NCBI GenBank assembly: GCA_020137815.1
Contig: CM035360.1
Location: 868,001-932,000 of the forward strand
Source of the DNA: Hormiphora californensis
Lineage: Eukaryota > Animalia > Ctenophora
DNA length: 64,000 nucleotides
Direction: 5' to 3'
Part shown: piece by piece, positions 1 to 31,729 of the stretch
Layout: every line of letters begins with the position of its first letter
Numbering within the stretch: position 1 is the first letter of the stretch
Made by a program: the position numbers and the translations under genes
Notes under the pieces: generated by a model
The model's database searches: none
What the model saw: the letters and a program-made list of their open reading frames with translations, nothing else
What the model was told of the DNA's origin: nothing

Positions 1-135
1 TAAAATCCAAACTAAAAAGGCCCCTCGCTTGGGGTTTCTTTTAATCGTGGGGATTGTAGCTTGCTAGAACTATTGATTTGTCTGTATTTACTACATATTA
101 GTAATAAAAGTTAGATTTTAAGCCAACTTCCCAAG

Positions 136-19273
<19,138 letters not shown>

Positions 19274-19855
19274 CTATTAATTAAATTATTAGATTAATTC
19301 AGAGCTGTCTTGGTAATTTTAGGGGTCCTTCTGCTTTTTCCTCAGTTTGGCTGGCCCTGCTTTAGCTTTACCAGTAAATGACCCTGACCCATCTGGCATC
19401 TATAATTCCATCTTTCGGTTTTTGAGCAATGATCGACTGACACGGTCGCTTGTAGTGGGAAAACGGTAATGGAAAACGAAGATACAGTAAGACGACGCGC
19501 AACCGTGACCAATAAGGGCGCTAGTACGTGCTGACACATGAACTTTTTGCCGCGCGTTATGCACCGTGCGCGTCTCCTTACTGTATTTTGCGTTACCGTA
19601 TTTTGACTGCAAGCAGCACTGAGACCCAGAGTTCTGGAGAGTGACCCACACTGTCTGGCCCCCTTTAAATCCTCAAAGACAGTCGCCCAGATGGGGTCTG
19701 GACCGCTAGAGTGTTCGACTCATTAAGAGACTGAGATTGAGAAATAGAATTGAGGGCGAGTCGGTCAGTCGGGTACCCGTACAGTGCAGAATTTACATTT
19801 TATCGGTACGGGTATCTTTTTTTCGTGTGTGCTAAAAGTAAAAGTAAAAACAAGC

Positions 19856-20079
19856 TAAAGTCGGATTTTTTGAAACTGTCACCCCCCTGAAATAACAAAT
19901 TTGTCATATCTCCGGTTCCTGATAAGATAGAGACTTGAAATTTGGAGGTTCGGAAGAACTTAGCAAGATCTTTATAACCTCCAAATTTCAAGTCTCTATC
20001 TCATCAGGAACCGGACTTATGGTCATTTAAAGAAATTTGAAAACTCAGGGGGGTGACAGTTTCAAAAAATCCGACTTTA
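19856..20079. mobile_element. Palindromic MITE (AAAGTCGGAT..GTCACCCC family)
   Basis: About 35-bp perfect TIR TAAAGTCGGATTTTTTGAAACTGTCACCCCCCTGA, plus an internal inverted pair of about 40 bp. Confidence 0.8.
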
Positions 20080-20613
20080 AGATACCGATAGGTTCTGTCG
20101 TTTACTTTTGTTTTATGGGAATATTTATTATGTTTTATTTTGCTACATTATTTCTTTAATTGTGATTTGAATATACGAGTTTGACTTCGATCAAAAACAA
20201 TCATCGCGTAGGGCGCTGATAAATTGACTTTAATACGCCAAATTCATGCGCGCAACATTGAGGCGCGCGCGGTTTTAGTTCAACCAAACAAAATAAATTA
20301 AAAAGAAGGTCCAGAAATTTGAAAAACTGAAGTGTTTTTCCCATTTTTTCTTAATTCTTTCTTCCATCCAGTAAAAAAGCGACCCTTTGAGGGATGAAAC
20401 GAGGAAACTTCATTCCTCTTGGTTTACATAACAGTTAACACTCTTTGACGGCAGTTTTCTTTCTGTACGCCATTACTCGTCCGGTCCGAGGACCCAGGAC
20501 CTAGCCCTTGGTCTCAGAAAGGCGAAATTGAATGAATTTAAACGACCTGTTGGCTGAATTATTATTCTTCCTAGTATCTAATAGTTATTTAAAATCTGTG
20601 ACTTTTTTCAGCA

Positions 20614-22937
20614 ATGCACCGGCTGAAACAGAACATAGAAAGGGTCCAGCAGCAGAAGGAAAATGCCAACAAATTCGAAACACTTTGTAATATTATCTCC
20701 AGTCAGGAGGCCAACTGGAAAACATCTCTTAGATCAGTTTTAGAGCTGAAAAACGAGTTACTTCAACATCAAATTCCTCCATCCGTTGTCATGAACCTTG
20801 CTGTTGTACACTCGGAATTATTCCGGGCTCAGGCGGATTTAATGGCTCCAGTTAAAGAACTTGTCAGGCTTGTCATGGTGCATAAGCAATCGCTCGAGGA
20901 GAAAAGTATCGCCCTGAAAAGGATAGACGAGGAAAACCAGAGGAGAAAGTCGGAGTTGGACGTTGCGGTGAGGAAGTTGGAGCAGACGTACAACTACGAG
21001 AAGCAGTGGAGGCGAGATCACACTTTGAATAACTGGGAGAGGATGTTTTGTAAGGCAGCGCTGAACAGAACTCACGGTCGAAGGTGGAAGTTTGTAATAA
21101 GTAAGGTGAAACAACGTGCCGCACTTGGATTGTCTGTGTTCAATCCAATGTTGGATACAGACTCAGAATCTGATGAACACAGGATAAGCTATGTTCCGAG
21201 GCTGACTTATGGGAGCACTACCGCTTCTTCCTGCTAATCTCACAACCCGGCAAAGTACGAGCAGGTACACTACCCCGGCTAGCAAGCTCACAAGTAGTGC
21301 CATTCAGAGCAGTCTGCTGAGCTCTAGCCTGAAGATGGACACATCTGGAGAAACTGACGATGAGGACACACAAGATACGGAGCCGATACCGAACAAAATT
21401 ATCAAATCTCCTCCACCCAACCGCTCTGTCAACCGCTCATCTAGGTCGGTTCAAAAGAATGATGTAGCTGTGTCCACGGAGGATACCGAATACGACAAAG
21501 CCCTGACAATTCTGGCATACAACCTCATCGGCTTCAAACTCGACCACACCAATATCTCCTGTAAGTTTTCCCTGCTCCAGAAAACAGCGGAAACGGCCGT
21601 TCTGAACAGTGAGGACGAATCTGCGTTTGAGGAGGTAGGATTTCTGTTTGAGGGAGAGGAGTACAAGAATCCTGGGATACAAACGGGGTACCTCCATAGG
21701 GGACATGATGGAGGAGGAGGTATCGGAGCAGCTTGAGATTACAATCCATACCCAGGGAAGGGTGTTTGCTATCTCTACAGTCCCCGTGGAGGACATATCC
21801 GATTCTCAACCGGAAATTATGGGTCAGGTTAATGTTGACGATGCCGTACCCAAACCCTTTCCTATTTTCTCATTGGAAGGAGATGTCACGGCACCCTGTG
21901 GATACCTACCCATATACTGTGTTTGGCAGTTGAAGGCAAGGGAGAAGAGAAGAGAAGTGGGTGTGATGACTGATCATCACCCAGCTCGTGACGGTGGAAT
22001 TGTCCTCGAGGATGACTGAGGAAGGATGAAGAGGAGGAGATTGAGGTTAAAACAGGTTATTTCCGAGAAAGTTTCCTCTGCTTCACCAGCCCTTTCCAGG
22101 AAATCAGTCTCAGTCATGATCCCAACTCCTAAACCTCCCTCTGAACCGACCACGCCCGAGCCAATGGACCGGACCAGCGATGAGATCATGGAGAGTATAG
22201 TGAGATCGAAAACGGAAGAAATGGCCATTGCTCATGCACAGGAGATTGAGAGGTTACAGCTGGAGTATGAGATACGTCTGGAGGGAATGGCGAAAGCGCT
22301 GGAGATGCTCAAAATGCAGGATGAGCTGGGTGATCGGGCTATGGAGTTTTCTAAAACTCCCGTTTCCATGGTTTCCTGCTTTACCCCAGCAACCGGGTCT
22401 AGTTCAATGGAAAACCGAGGTGCAGTAACAGTACCTTCACTTGGACTCCCTCGGTCTTACCCAGGTGACAAGAAAAGGGGCGTACAGAACCTACCGGATG
22501 GATTCTTCGAGCGTATGGAGCATTTCACTGCATCCTCCCTCGCTAGGCAACAAGAGTTGGTTACTAGGGTGCGTGACGAGGTGAGGAGTCACACCGAGAG
22601 TGCCATGGCAACCCAGCATCGCCTGGCAGCTGGGAGAATTACCAGCGCTGACAGTGGTGACAGCGGGATCAATGAGACAATGCAGGATCTCTCGCTCCCC
22701 GCTATTTTCATGCCCAACAAGACTGGGGTTTACTTTTCACCCAAGGCAAACAAATCCTTTCATCCACCGGGCTGCAAGGATCCCAGGTTAACCCAGGCAC
22801 CCTCAGTCTTCCAGCTACCCCACATGGGCAGGAAAACACCCGTACTGAACCTCTTCGATTTGTCCCAGAAGAATGTGGTGCACAACGGACCGGGGTGGTT
22901 GTACAAGACGTGCAAGGACGTGACGTACAAACGATGA
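20614..22937 (+). CDS. Uncharacterised intronless coiled-coil protein (about 770 aa) split by about three frameshifts
   Basis: Abutting or overlapping ORFs 20614-21237, 21209-21736, 21648-22019 and 22026-22937 with coding-like composition; acceptor TTTTTTCAG|CAATG; N-terminal coiled coil, NWERMF..HGRRWKF motif, a central beta-rich segment and a second coiled coil. Confidence 0.65.
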
Positions 22938-23337
22938 CGTCAGACATGTGATAATGACGTCATGACACACACGTGATGTCACCACTATAGGAGCTGCTTC
23001 ATGTGCACGTGCTTCATGTCACACACGTGCCAGTTGTTTGGAATGCTCGTGTGACAAGCAGGATAAACAATAGGGACAGAAAGTGAAAGGGGGATAGATA
23101 GAGATAGATGGATAGAAAGAGAGAGAGAGATACAGATGGATAGAGAGAGAGAGATGCATGTTTGATCCTATTCTTTTACTTTTTGCATGTTTTGATATAT
23201 CTGATTTTCTTTAATTTTAAAACTCTTCACGTGTTGTTGTTTTAGATCTGATCCTAGCCCGAACTATATATCGCTACTTTTCCATGATCAAGTATATCCA
23301 TCTCTCTTCCCTTTTTAGTGTTGTGAAAAGCAGAATT

Positions 23338-26300
23338 ATGGGCAAGGAGAAATGCCAGTGTGATCTATGTGACTGTGGGTAAGTCAGGGAGTTATACTCG
23401 GGTTAGGCAAGATCTGTCTGACGCCGCCAGACCCGTTTTGATTCTCGCTAGATCAGGTCGGCGCCGCCAGACAGGGCGATCAGTAAAAGAGAACTTACAC
23501 TTTTGCCTAAAGACGTTATTGCGGTAATGTAACACCCTCTGGCCTTAACACCCATCCCCATATTTCAGACGGCACAGGTGCCCTGTTCACACGACTCGAG
23601 TCGAGAAACATATCCCAGCTCCGAACGACCCGGATAACTTCAAAACATCATATCAGGTCAGTGGTAAACTGTTTCTCAAACCGTTCTCATGCTACAATAT
23701 TATCCAACTTCTTGTCCAGCCGGCTGGGGCAGCCAGAAGGAAACAACTAAACGTCCTAGTGTTTTTCTTGCCAATTGTCATGCTGCTGTTTTTCTACAAG
23801 ATTTGCCCCTCATTCAGATAAATCTGCATTCTCCCTCTATCATGATAATAATAATAATAATAATCCGCCCATATCCGACAGGGACAGAGCAGTAGAACTG
23901 TTGCTGTCACTGAAGGATGATCTGAACGGTTAACATACTTGAATATACCTGCCGACTTATCCTTAATATTGCACAAAAAATGGTAAAGAAAAAAACAACG
24001 GCCCACATAACTATCGGTAACTGAAAACATAACAGACTGAGATAGAGTCCTGGAACTCTAAAAAGATGGTTTAAAAGTCCAATAGATAGAAAACACTCGT
24101 GCTATGAAAAAACCCAAAACGTGCTTCACACTTCTGCTCGCCACGAGCCAAAATACAGAAAAAATAAAACAGGTACCAGCTAGAGAACAAACCTCAGTAA
24201 GATGGAGAGAACACTCCTAGGACAATCAGGATTCACCGAAAGCCTCAATGAAGAGACTAGTCTTTAGCTTAGACTTGAAAGAGTCCACAGAGTCAATTGC
24301 TCTCAGATCAATGGAAAGCTTATTCCAGATTTCAGGCAGATAAACCGACGGACGTCTCCTCCTCAACTTAGAAGTTGCATTCACACTGGATAGCTTAGGA
24401 TACCTCAGCTTGAGGCCATCAGGCTGAGCGTTTCCTCTGGTAGTCCGGATCACATGTAGTCCATCATCCACAGGGACCTGTTCCTGCAGGTATCATGCAC
24501 TTTGATACACTAAACCGCACGTTGAATAGTGAATGTCGATTGAATGAACACTTACAAGTCACCCTTCAAGAACACTATGATACTCCACCGAGAAAAATAT
24601 ATGCCGAAAAAATGAATCAATATCTTGAACTTTCTCACACATCTTTGCTGCTACAGCTGATCTGCTATTACGCCGCTAAATGCCCATCAGGTTCAATTCA
24701 AAGAAAATTCAGGCTGTTGTCGTCCCAAGCCTTGCTTACCCATTCTCGCTACACAAATGCCAAAGAAGCAGCCCTTCAATGGAACAACTGAGTCAAACAC
24801 TGCTTTTCAACAGAAAGCAATTCCCCCAAGGTAACAGTTTCTAAAACATCATGGGGTTTCCGACCGAATTTTTGTCTACTGGTCCGAGGTCTTTTATGGA
24901 CAAATTCGTTCAGACACCCCCAGCCCCCCCCCCCCCCCCCCCCCCCCGAAAGTTTTAGTATGCTAATTCGCCTTCTATCTAGATACAAAAAGGAGAAGGA
25001 AAAGTATGCCCCGCCCACGGGAAATATGGATCTCAGGACCACCAAATCTTGTGCTTTTACCCCAAAACACGCTGAAAAACTGCGATCCTATAAACCAGAT
25101 CTGTCAGCTGAGCGACCCAAGGAGTTACCCTCTTTTGATGGTGTCACCACTACCCAGTCTTTTTACAAGGTTGGAATGATTATTGTGCATATGCAGTGTG
25201 TTTTTATATGACACCCTTCTAATGGAGCAAGGGGTGCTACTGAAGATCTCAATATGTCCCTTTTATTACTCTTGATCTTTTCATACCCTCAATGCCTACT
25301 AGGCCTACGAGAAGGCGGGACGGCAGAAGATGTGCAGTGAACATCCCACCAACCTAAGGGTCAATAAGGAGGGGAAGTTTGAGGATGTAACGACTACAAA
25401 GGATAGCTATCCCCCATACAGGTGACTAAAGTCAAAAGTGTGCCATACTGCCAGGCCAATGCTCTGACCGCATTTGTCGCACACTATTTGAAGAAATGAA
25501 AATAGGGTCTGGACAATGCTCTGAATGACAGTTAAATTTCATGCAATCATTGTAACCGTATGGTAACCGTAAAAGTGTAACCATGTTAATAGCCCCTGTA
25601 ACTTCTGTAACTGTTTAAGTAACCATGGTAACTATTCAGTGTTTCCAGGAGTGCCGACAGAAGGCAACCCATCAGGCCAGTTGAACAGACGTATGAATCA
25701 GGGCAACCTTTTTATGGTGTTACAACTACCTCTAACTGCTACCAAGGCCTGGCAAATACACCTCCCGATCCTGTTTTACAGAGCTCCACCTACAAACCAC
25801 CCTCAGGTACACTACAAAACGTATCTTCTCATATTTATTGAAACCTCAACTCACTGTTTAATTTCAACAGTCAGATGTCCTGGTGTAGTCACAAAATCTC
25901 TCTTGATCTCGAACAGCTAATTCCCCATCCCATACCATGATATGTCAGGTGATCATTACGAATCCCTACTTACATACCAACAACCTCCATACCAACATCC
26001 CCCATACCACATAGGTATGGAGGTTGTTGGTATGGAAGCGTTTTGTGAGGTTCAGTGACCTCCATACCAACTCATAGATTATATTTAGAGAGTTGGTATG
26101 GAGGGTAATAAAGTCTCTATAACGCTTCCATACCAACTCGATGCAGCCATACCAACTTGTGAAAAATCCTTGATATATCTGGGTGTAAGGTACTGCCAAT
26201 TAGAGCTGTCCCGATGTACGATTCAATTACATGATTCATATCACGATACGGGATTCAAGTGGCTTCGCTTTGGGTAGGGTGTGCCTTTCACGTACTGTGT

Positions 26301-29300
26301 GTGTTTATTTTAATGCAATACAAACGTAAGATATCACTGTGGTATGTGTCTTGCCCTCTCCCAACGGCCAGCAATTCCTATTACAGTGGCCCAGAAATGT
26401 GGCTCCGATGTAGCTCTTACCGATACAGCTGGTGCATTTTGCAAGTAACCTTATATGCCAGGTTTTCTTTCGGCGGTTCAGCCTAGTGGAATACGTGTTG
26501 TAATACGTATTGCATCTTGTCACCACCTTTATTACAAGAGAAGTTGGTAGTACCAACACCCTCATGCCACACTCAACCCAACCCTATGGGGTCTAAACCC
26601 CAAACCTCTCCGAAACCTCCATCTAAACCACCTAAACCCATCCTAAACATCACCCATCAAATCTGAACAGAAGTACCTAAATCACCAAGATATAGTATGT
26701 ACATAACTACTTGCATAACAAAAAGCAAGTAAGCAAACCTGAAACCAGCCATACGAACCAAACTGAGTGAGGATTCAGGGTGATGTAAAAGAGTTGTTAG
26801 TACGAAGACGGTGTATGTACGTGATTTATTTCTGTTCAGATTTGAGGGGTGATGTTTATGTGGTCTATATGGAGGTTTAGGAGGGCCGAGGGGTTTAGGG
26901 TTTATACCCTATAAGTATAAGGTTGAGTTGAGTGTGGTATGAGGGTGTTGGTACTCGTGAGTCGTGATGGTAGGTAGGTATGGTGGTATTGTCAAGGTGT
27001 AATATATTTCCACAAATTGCAATACATAAATTGCAATAGCAGTGAATAGAAGTACTTCAAAATCCAACTACCATTATTCAGTATTCTCGCTTATGTGTGA
27101 GATCGATCTCAGTCGCCGTCGACTTCGACTTCAATCTTTCACATGTGTCCATGTAACCAACAGAACATGTAGGCCACTATAGGAGCATCATAGTTTTCAA
27201 TGGCTGGGTAACATGGCATAGACACCTATTACAGGGAGACTAAGACCAGGAAAGATGGAGCAAGCTGCAAGGGGAGTTTTAATTTAATTTCTGAGTTGTT
27301 GGCCGTTGGGAGAGGGCAAGACACAGACCACAGTAATATCTTACGTTTGCTTGTTTGTTAAAGACGTCTTAGGAACCTGGGATACGGAGTTCTCCCCCTC
27401 ACCGCTGTCCTGGGTATCGTGCCGGAATTTGAAGTGTCTCCGACGTGGAGGGCTTTTGGAAGAAGTGGGAATTGGGAAGAGTAGAAGAGAGAGAGAGGTT
27501 GAGGAGCACTTTTCTGATCTGAGAGGTCCCCATGATGACTCGAGAACAGTCGGGGAGATCAGAATGGCTATAGTGGGTGGATGTATGGGTGGATGTATGG
27601 AGGATTGTCGCGTCGTCCGTTGTAGTAAAGTCAAGACATAGTTCCTGTACTATCTTACGTTTGTAAACACACACATCAGTACGTGAAAGGCACACCCCAC
27701 CCAAAGCGAAGCCACTTGAATCCCGTATCGTGATATGAATCATGTAATTGAATCGTACATCGGGACAGCTCTAATTGGCAGTACCTTACACCCAGATATA
27801 TCAAGGATTTTTCACAAGTTGGTATGGCTGCATCGAGTTGGTATGGAAGCGTTATAGAGACTTTAATACCCTCCATACCAACTCTCTAAATATAATCTAT
27901 GAGTTGGTATGGAGGTCACTGAACCTCACAAAACGCGTCCATACCAACACCCTCCATACCTATGTGGTATGGGGGATGTTGGTATGGAGGTTGTTGGTAT
28001 GTAAGTGTGGAACCGATCATTACCCCCCGCTGCTGTTATAATAGGTGAGATGATGCACGAGACGACGACTAAAGCTCATTATAACGGAGCCACAGGGAAC
28101 AGAGCACAACCAATCATACCCCAATCAGTCAGAAACCCGCCATCCGAGTTCAAAGGTATAGGTGATATTTAGAGTTTACCGATGACTAATTATATTTTAC
28201 ACGAATCCACCATCACAGAGAGTGTAGAGTATGTGATCCTTCACAGTTCATCATATCATATAGTCTATAGATGCGTGGAACTTGGTGATAATTTTAGATA
28301 TTTGTCAAAATAACTGGTAAGCTTGCGACTCACATCAAATATTGAAAACCTTGAATTTCAATGTCTATATCACTGATTTCTAACCCACCCCATTAGCATA
28401 TTCCCCAACTTCCCAGGTACGACCACGAACATGGAAACGTATCCCGTACATCCGGTCCAGGGTCGCCCCAAGAGAAAGGAAAAGGAACCGTACATTAAAC
28501 CAACTGAGAAAATGGAAACCAGATCTCACCACAGGTTTGGTTACGAAGTTGCCCCTTGCCAGCGCGCGCGAAGGTCGCCCGGCGACCTGAGTGTGAGGTG
28601 TATTCGATACCAAACCACAGGTACAATTTGAAGAACAAATAACCCCTCAACCACACACCTCCACCCCACCATTCCACCCACCCTTCCACCCCTCCCCTCC
28701 ACCACAGCGCTCCACCATACCCCCTCCACCCGACCCATCCACCCCACCCCAACCCTCCACCCAACCGCTCCACCACACCCGCCTCCCCCACAGAGAGTAC
28801 TACAAGCCCCACTCGGTACAGAGGCGACGACGTCTCTCCCCGTTAGAGAGGACCCCACACATCCACCCCACCTCTCCACCCCACCCCTCTACCCCTCCAC
28901 CCCACCCCTCCACCCCACCCGCCTCCCCCACAGAGAGTACTACAAGCCCCACTCGGTACAGAGGCGGCGACGTCTCTCCCCGTTAGAGAGGACCCCGACA
29001 CGGAAAGCGAGTGCTCCCCTTCCAAAGTTTCATAACAACACCACACACCGGGAACAGTATAAACATTGGAAGGTAAAGTGAGATCAGAGATGGATATCTG
29101 ATTGGATATAGTGAGATCTGAGTACATATTTTAGAAAGGGAAAGAGAGTCAGATAGAAATCGTTTGTCCATTTTGAGGGACGAACTGGCGGAATTTGAAC
29201 ATTTATCCACCTTCTATCGTACTAATTTGTCTAACAAAAACTGTTATGTGCTATAACGTCGATCAATTATAGAAACGGGTAGAAACGGGTAAAAATCTGT

Positions 29301-29699
29301 AGTTTTATAAAGAGTGTAGTTTTCACTTTTCAAAACATGTTTCTCTGCAGAAAGTTGAACGGCAAAAAGCATTCACGGAACCACCCCTGATGTTGCGAAT
29401 TGGAACTGGGAAAATGTCCACGAAAACGATGCAGCAAAGTGACTTTACTTACCGAGGAGAGAAGGTACGAAATCAAAATCTGTCTCTGTCTTAGACAGAA
29501 ATCAGAATTTATTTGTCTTGGACAGAAATCTTTGTTTTGTCCCGTATCACCTTTATCACTAGATCATTTTTTTTACTCACTTCTCTGTGCATGTGTGTAT
29601 TCATCTCGCAGCAGTATCGAGTGCCAATAGAACTTTGACATGCTTTATCATTACAGCGAGGTGGCATTTTAACCATCTTTTATTCTCAATCTATCTCAT

Positions 29700-29785
<86 letters not shown>

Positions 29786-30739
29786 CATCCCAACCATCAC
29801 ATGTGGCACTGCACTCTAAATTTCTATTCCCTTCTCTCACAGTGACACATACAGAAAGTTCATAATATTTCTCGGAGGCCATGATAAATTTAAAATTAGA
29901 GATCGGGAGGGTTGTGAAATCTGCCCTTGTACTTGGTACTAATTCTTCAATTCTCCATTTCTTCACAATATCCAGTCATCTATCTTTTGTCTGCTATCAT
30001 TTAGCGCCATAGAAGATGTGACACGCATATAATATCACTGAGAAAGCGATAGATATATCCAATCTGCTTATTGGTGATGGACTGTCTCTAGCGAAAGGAA
30101 GAAAGGAGGGAGAGATAGAAGAAAGGAGGGAGATAGAGATAGAAGAAGGCGAGAGAGATGATCAATTTGTGTGTTGTTATGGCAACCAACATCCAGTGCA
30201 TTCACTCTCTGGCGCTGCACACATAACAATCTTTTCAGGCTATACCATGACTCTCTTTCTCCCAACTCACTCGTTCTCTCACTTTCTCTACGTTACCCCC
30301 CTTTATATTTTTGAGGTCCTGCATCTCAAGCAGACTATCATATAACAGCATCACACTAATTTTTCACTCCAACCCCCTCTAACTCGCGCTCTCTCCTCGA
30401 TCTCTCCTCTGCTGGTGTCTCTCTACATCTCGAGTCTCTCTCGACGGATCTCTGTCCTCTCTCCTCTCTACGTCTTCCTCCTCGTCTGTCGCTCTCGCCT
30501 CCCCCAGGGCATCATCCATTCCCCACCTGACCCCTCTCTCTCTCCCTCTCTCCTGACGGATCTCTCAATCGTGCTTCTCAGACTCTACGATGCTTGTCTT
30601 GAGAAGGCTCTGAGTTCATTCTCTTCTCTCTCTCTCGAGCGTCTGCTCGTCTCACGTGCTCTTCGCGTCTCACTTCGTACTCATCTGGAAATCTCTCTCT
30701 CTCTCATCTTCATCTCATCCTCATCATCTCCTCTAATCT

Positions 30740-30771
<32 letters not shown>

Positions 30772-31145
30772 ATCCTCTTTCTCCTGCATCACCACAAGCA
30801 GCAGCAGTATCCATGTTATTGTGAAGCTTTGTGGCTGCAAACACACAATTCAACACACTACTGTGCACTAATTTTAAACAGTTTCAAAATCATCAGTTAC
30901 AGATCATCTGTTGTGTGACTCACACCACATTTCATTTCTGTGAGGGTAGATCAAGTCATCCGGGCACTAAACTCAACAAATTATTTCAGAGTGAACGAGT
31001 CCGGCCGATCATTCCTCAAGTCCGAGTGGTTAGAAGTGAAGTACCGATCGATTCCTTGACGAGCTACAAAACTGAGTTCAGGGGATTACAAAATAAGTGT
31101 CGTCTCGCAGAAATATTGATGAAGGAGTCTCAGATTCAAGCGTGA
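23338..31145 (+). CDS. SAXO/FAM154-like stabilizer of axonemal microtubules (Mn-motif repeats), spliced
   Basis: Exons 23338-23378 (KCQCDLCDCG), 23569-23656 (RHRCP..TSYQ), a missing phase-0/2 exon (candidate 24814-24830), 24983-25169, 25303-25421, 25640-25806, 28045-28155, 28417-28534, 28934-29072, 29351-29464, 30990-31145. Has the N-terminal CxCxxCxCGRHxC motif and repeated F/M..TTxxxx(Y/F) motifs typical of SAXO1/2. Confidence 0.82.
23845..24490 (-). mobile_element. 5'-truncated LINE fragment (CR1/L2 group)
   Basis: ORF2 C-terminus PEIWNKLSIDLRAIDSVDSFKSKLKTSLFIEAF, followed by a 3' UTR and a (TTA)n tail at 23845-23864. Confidence 0.75.
25960..28014. mobile_element. Mutator-like non-autonomous element with long TIRs and 9-bp TSD
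   Basis: About 350-bp inverted arms (25960-26310 and 27660-28014) rich in CCATACCAAC; GATCATTAC at 25951-25959 and 28015-28023; further internal inverted matches. Confidence 0.85.
29699..29785 (+). repeat. (CT)n microsatellite
   Basis: Direct dinucleotide repeat. Confidence 0.95.
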
Positions 31146-31363
31146 TTTACTTGTTGATTGTTGAACACGCAAAAGATAAACACACGTGTGTGAACATGTA
31201 GAGAAAGTCACGTGACAATTGTCAATTGGCTTGTCCCCATTCCCAAAACCCACGGTCAGACGAAACACAATATGACGTCAATTTGTACGCAGATCACTAA
31301 TTAAATTAAATAGCTATTTACACACTACAAACATCAGACAAATTATACTCTTTATATGATCTT

Positions 31364-31678
31364 ACTAGCGCACCCATCGGGTGCGCCTCAAGTAAGGGCT
31401 TTTTGATAACCCACCCGGCTTCGCCGTGTGGTTCTTTTTGCCCCTTTCAACGTCAATAACACGGTTGCCATGGCAACTGAATTGGTAACTATGGCGACTG
31501 GCATATTAAAATTCATTCGAAAATATTAACAAACTTCCACTGGAAGTTCCAAAAGTGTGAATGGCAGCTTTACAGCTTTGGTCATATGATGTGTTTTATG
31601 AAGGAGCAGTCGGTCGCGTAGATACCGCCTAACGAACGACCACCACTTCGACGTTCATCTCCAAATTATAATAGAGAT
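31364..31678. mobile_element. Possible Helitron/Helentron-derived (HINE-like) short element
   Basis: Begins ACTAG with a hairpin (GCGCACCC..GGGTGCGC) and CCCGGCTTCGCCG, ends TTATAATAGAGAT, lies between T residues, no TSD. Confidence 0.35.
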
Positions 31679-31729
31679 TGTTTTGATCTTTCATGTTATT
31701 TTTGATCTTTCATCTAGATATTCGACTAT

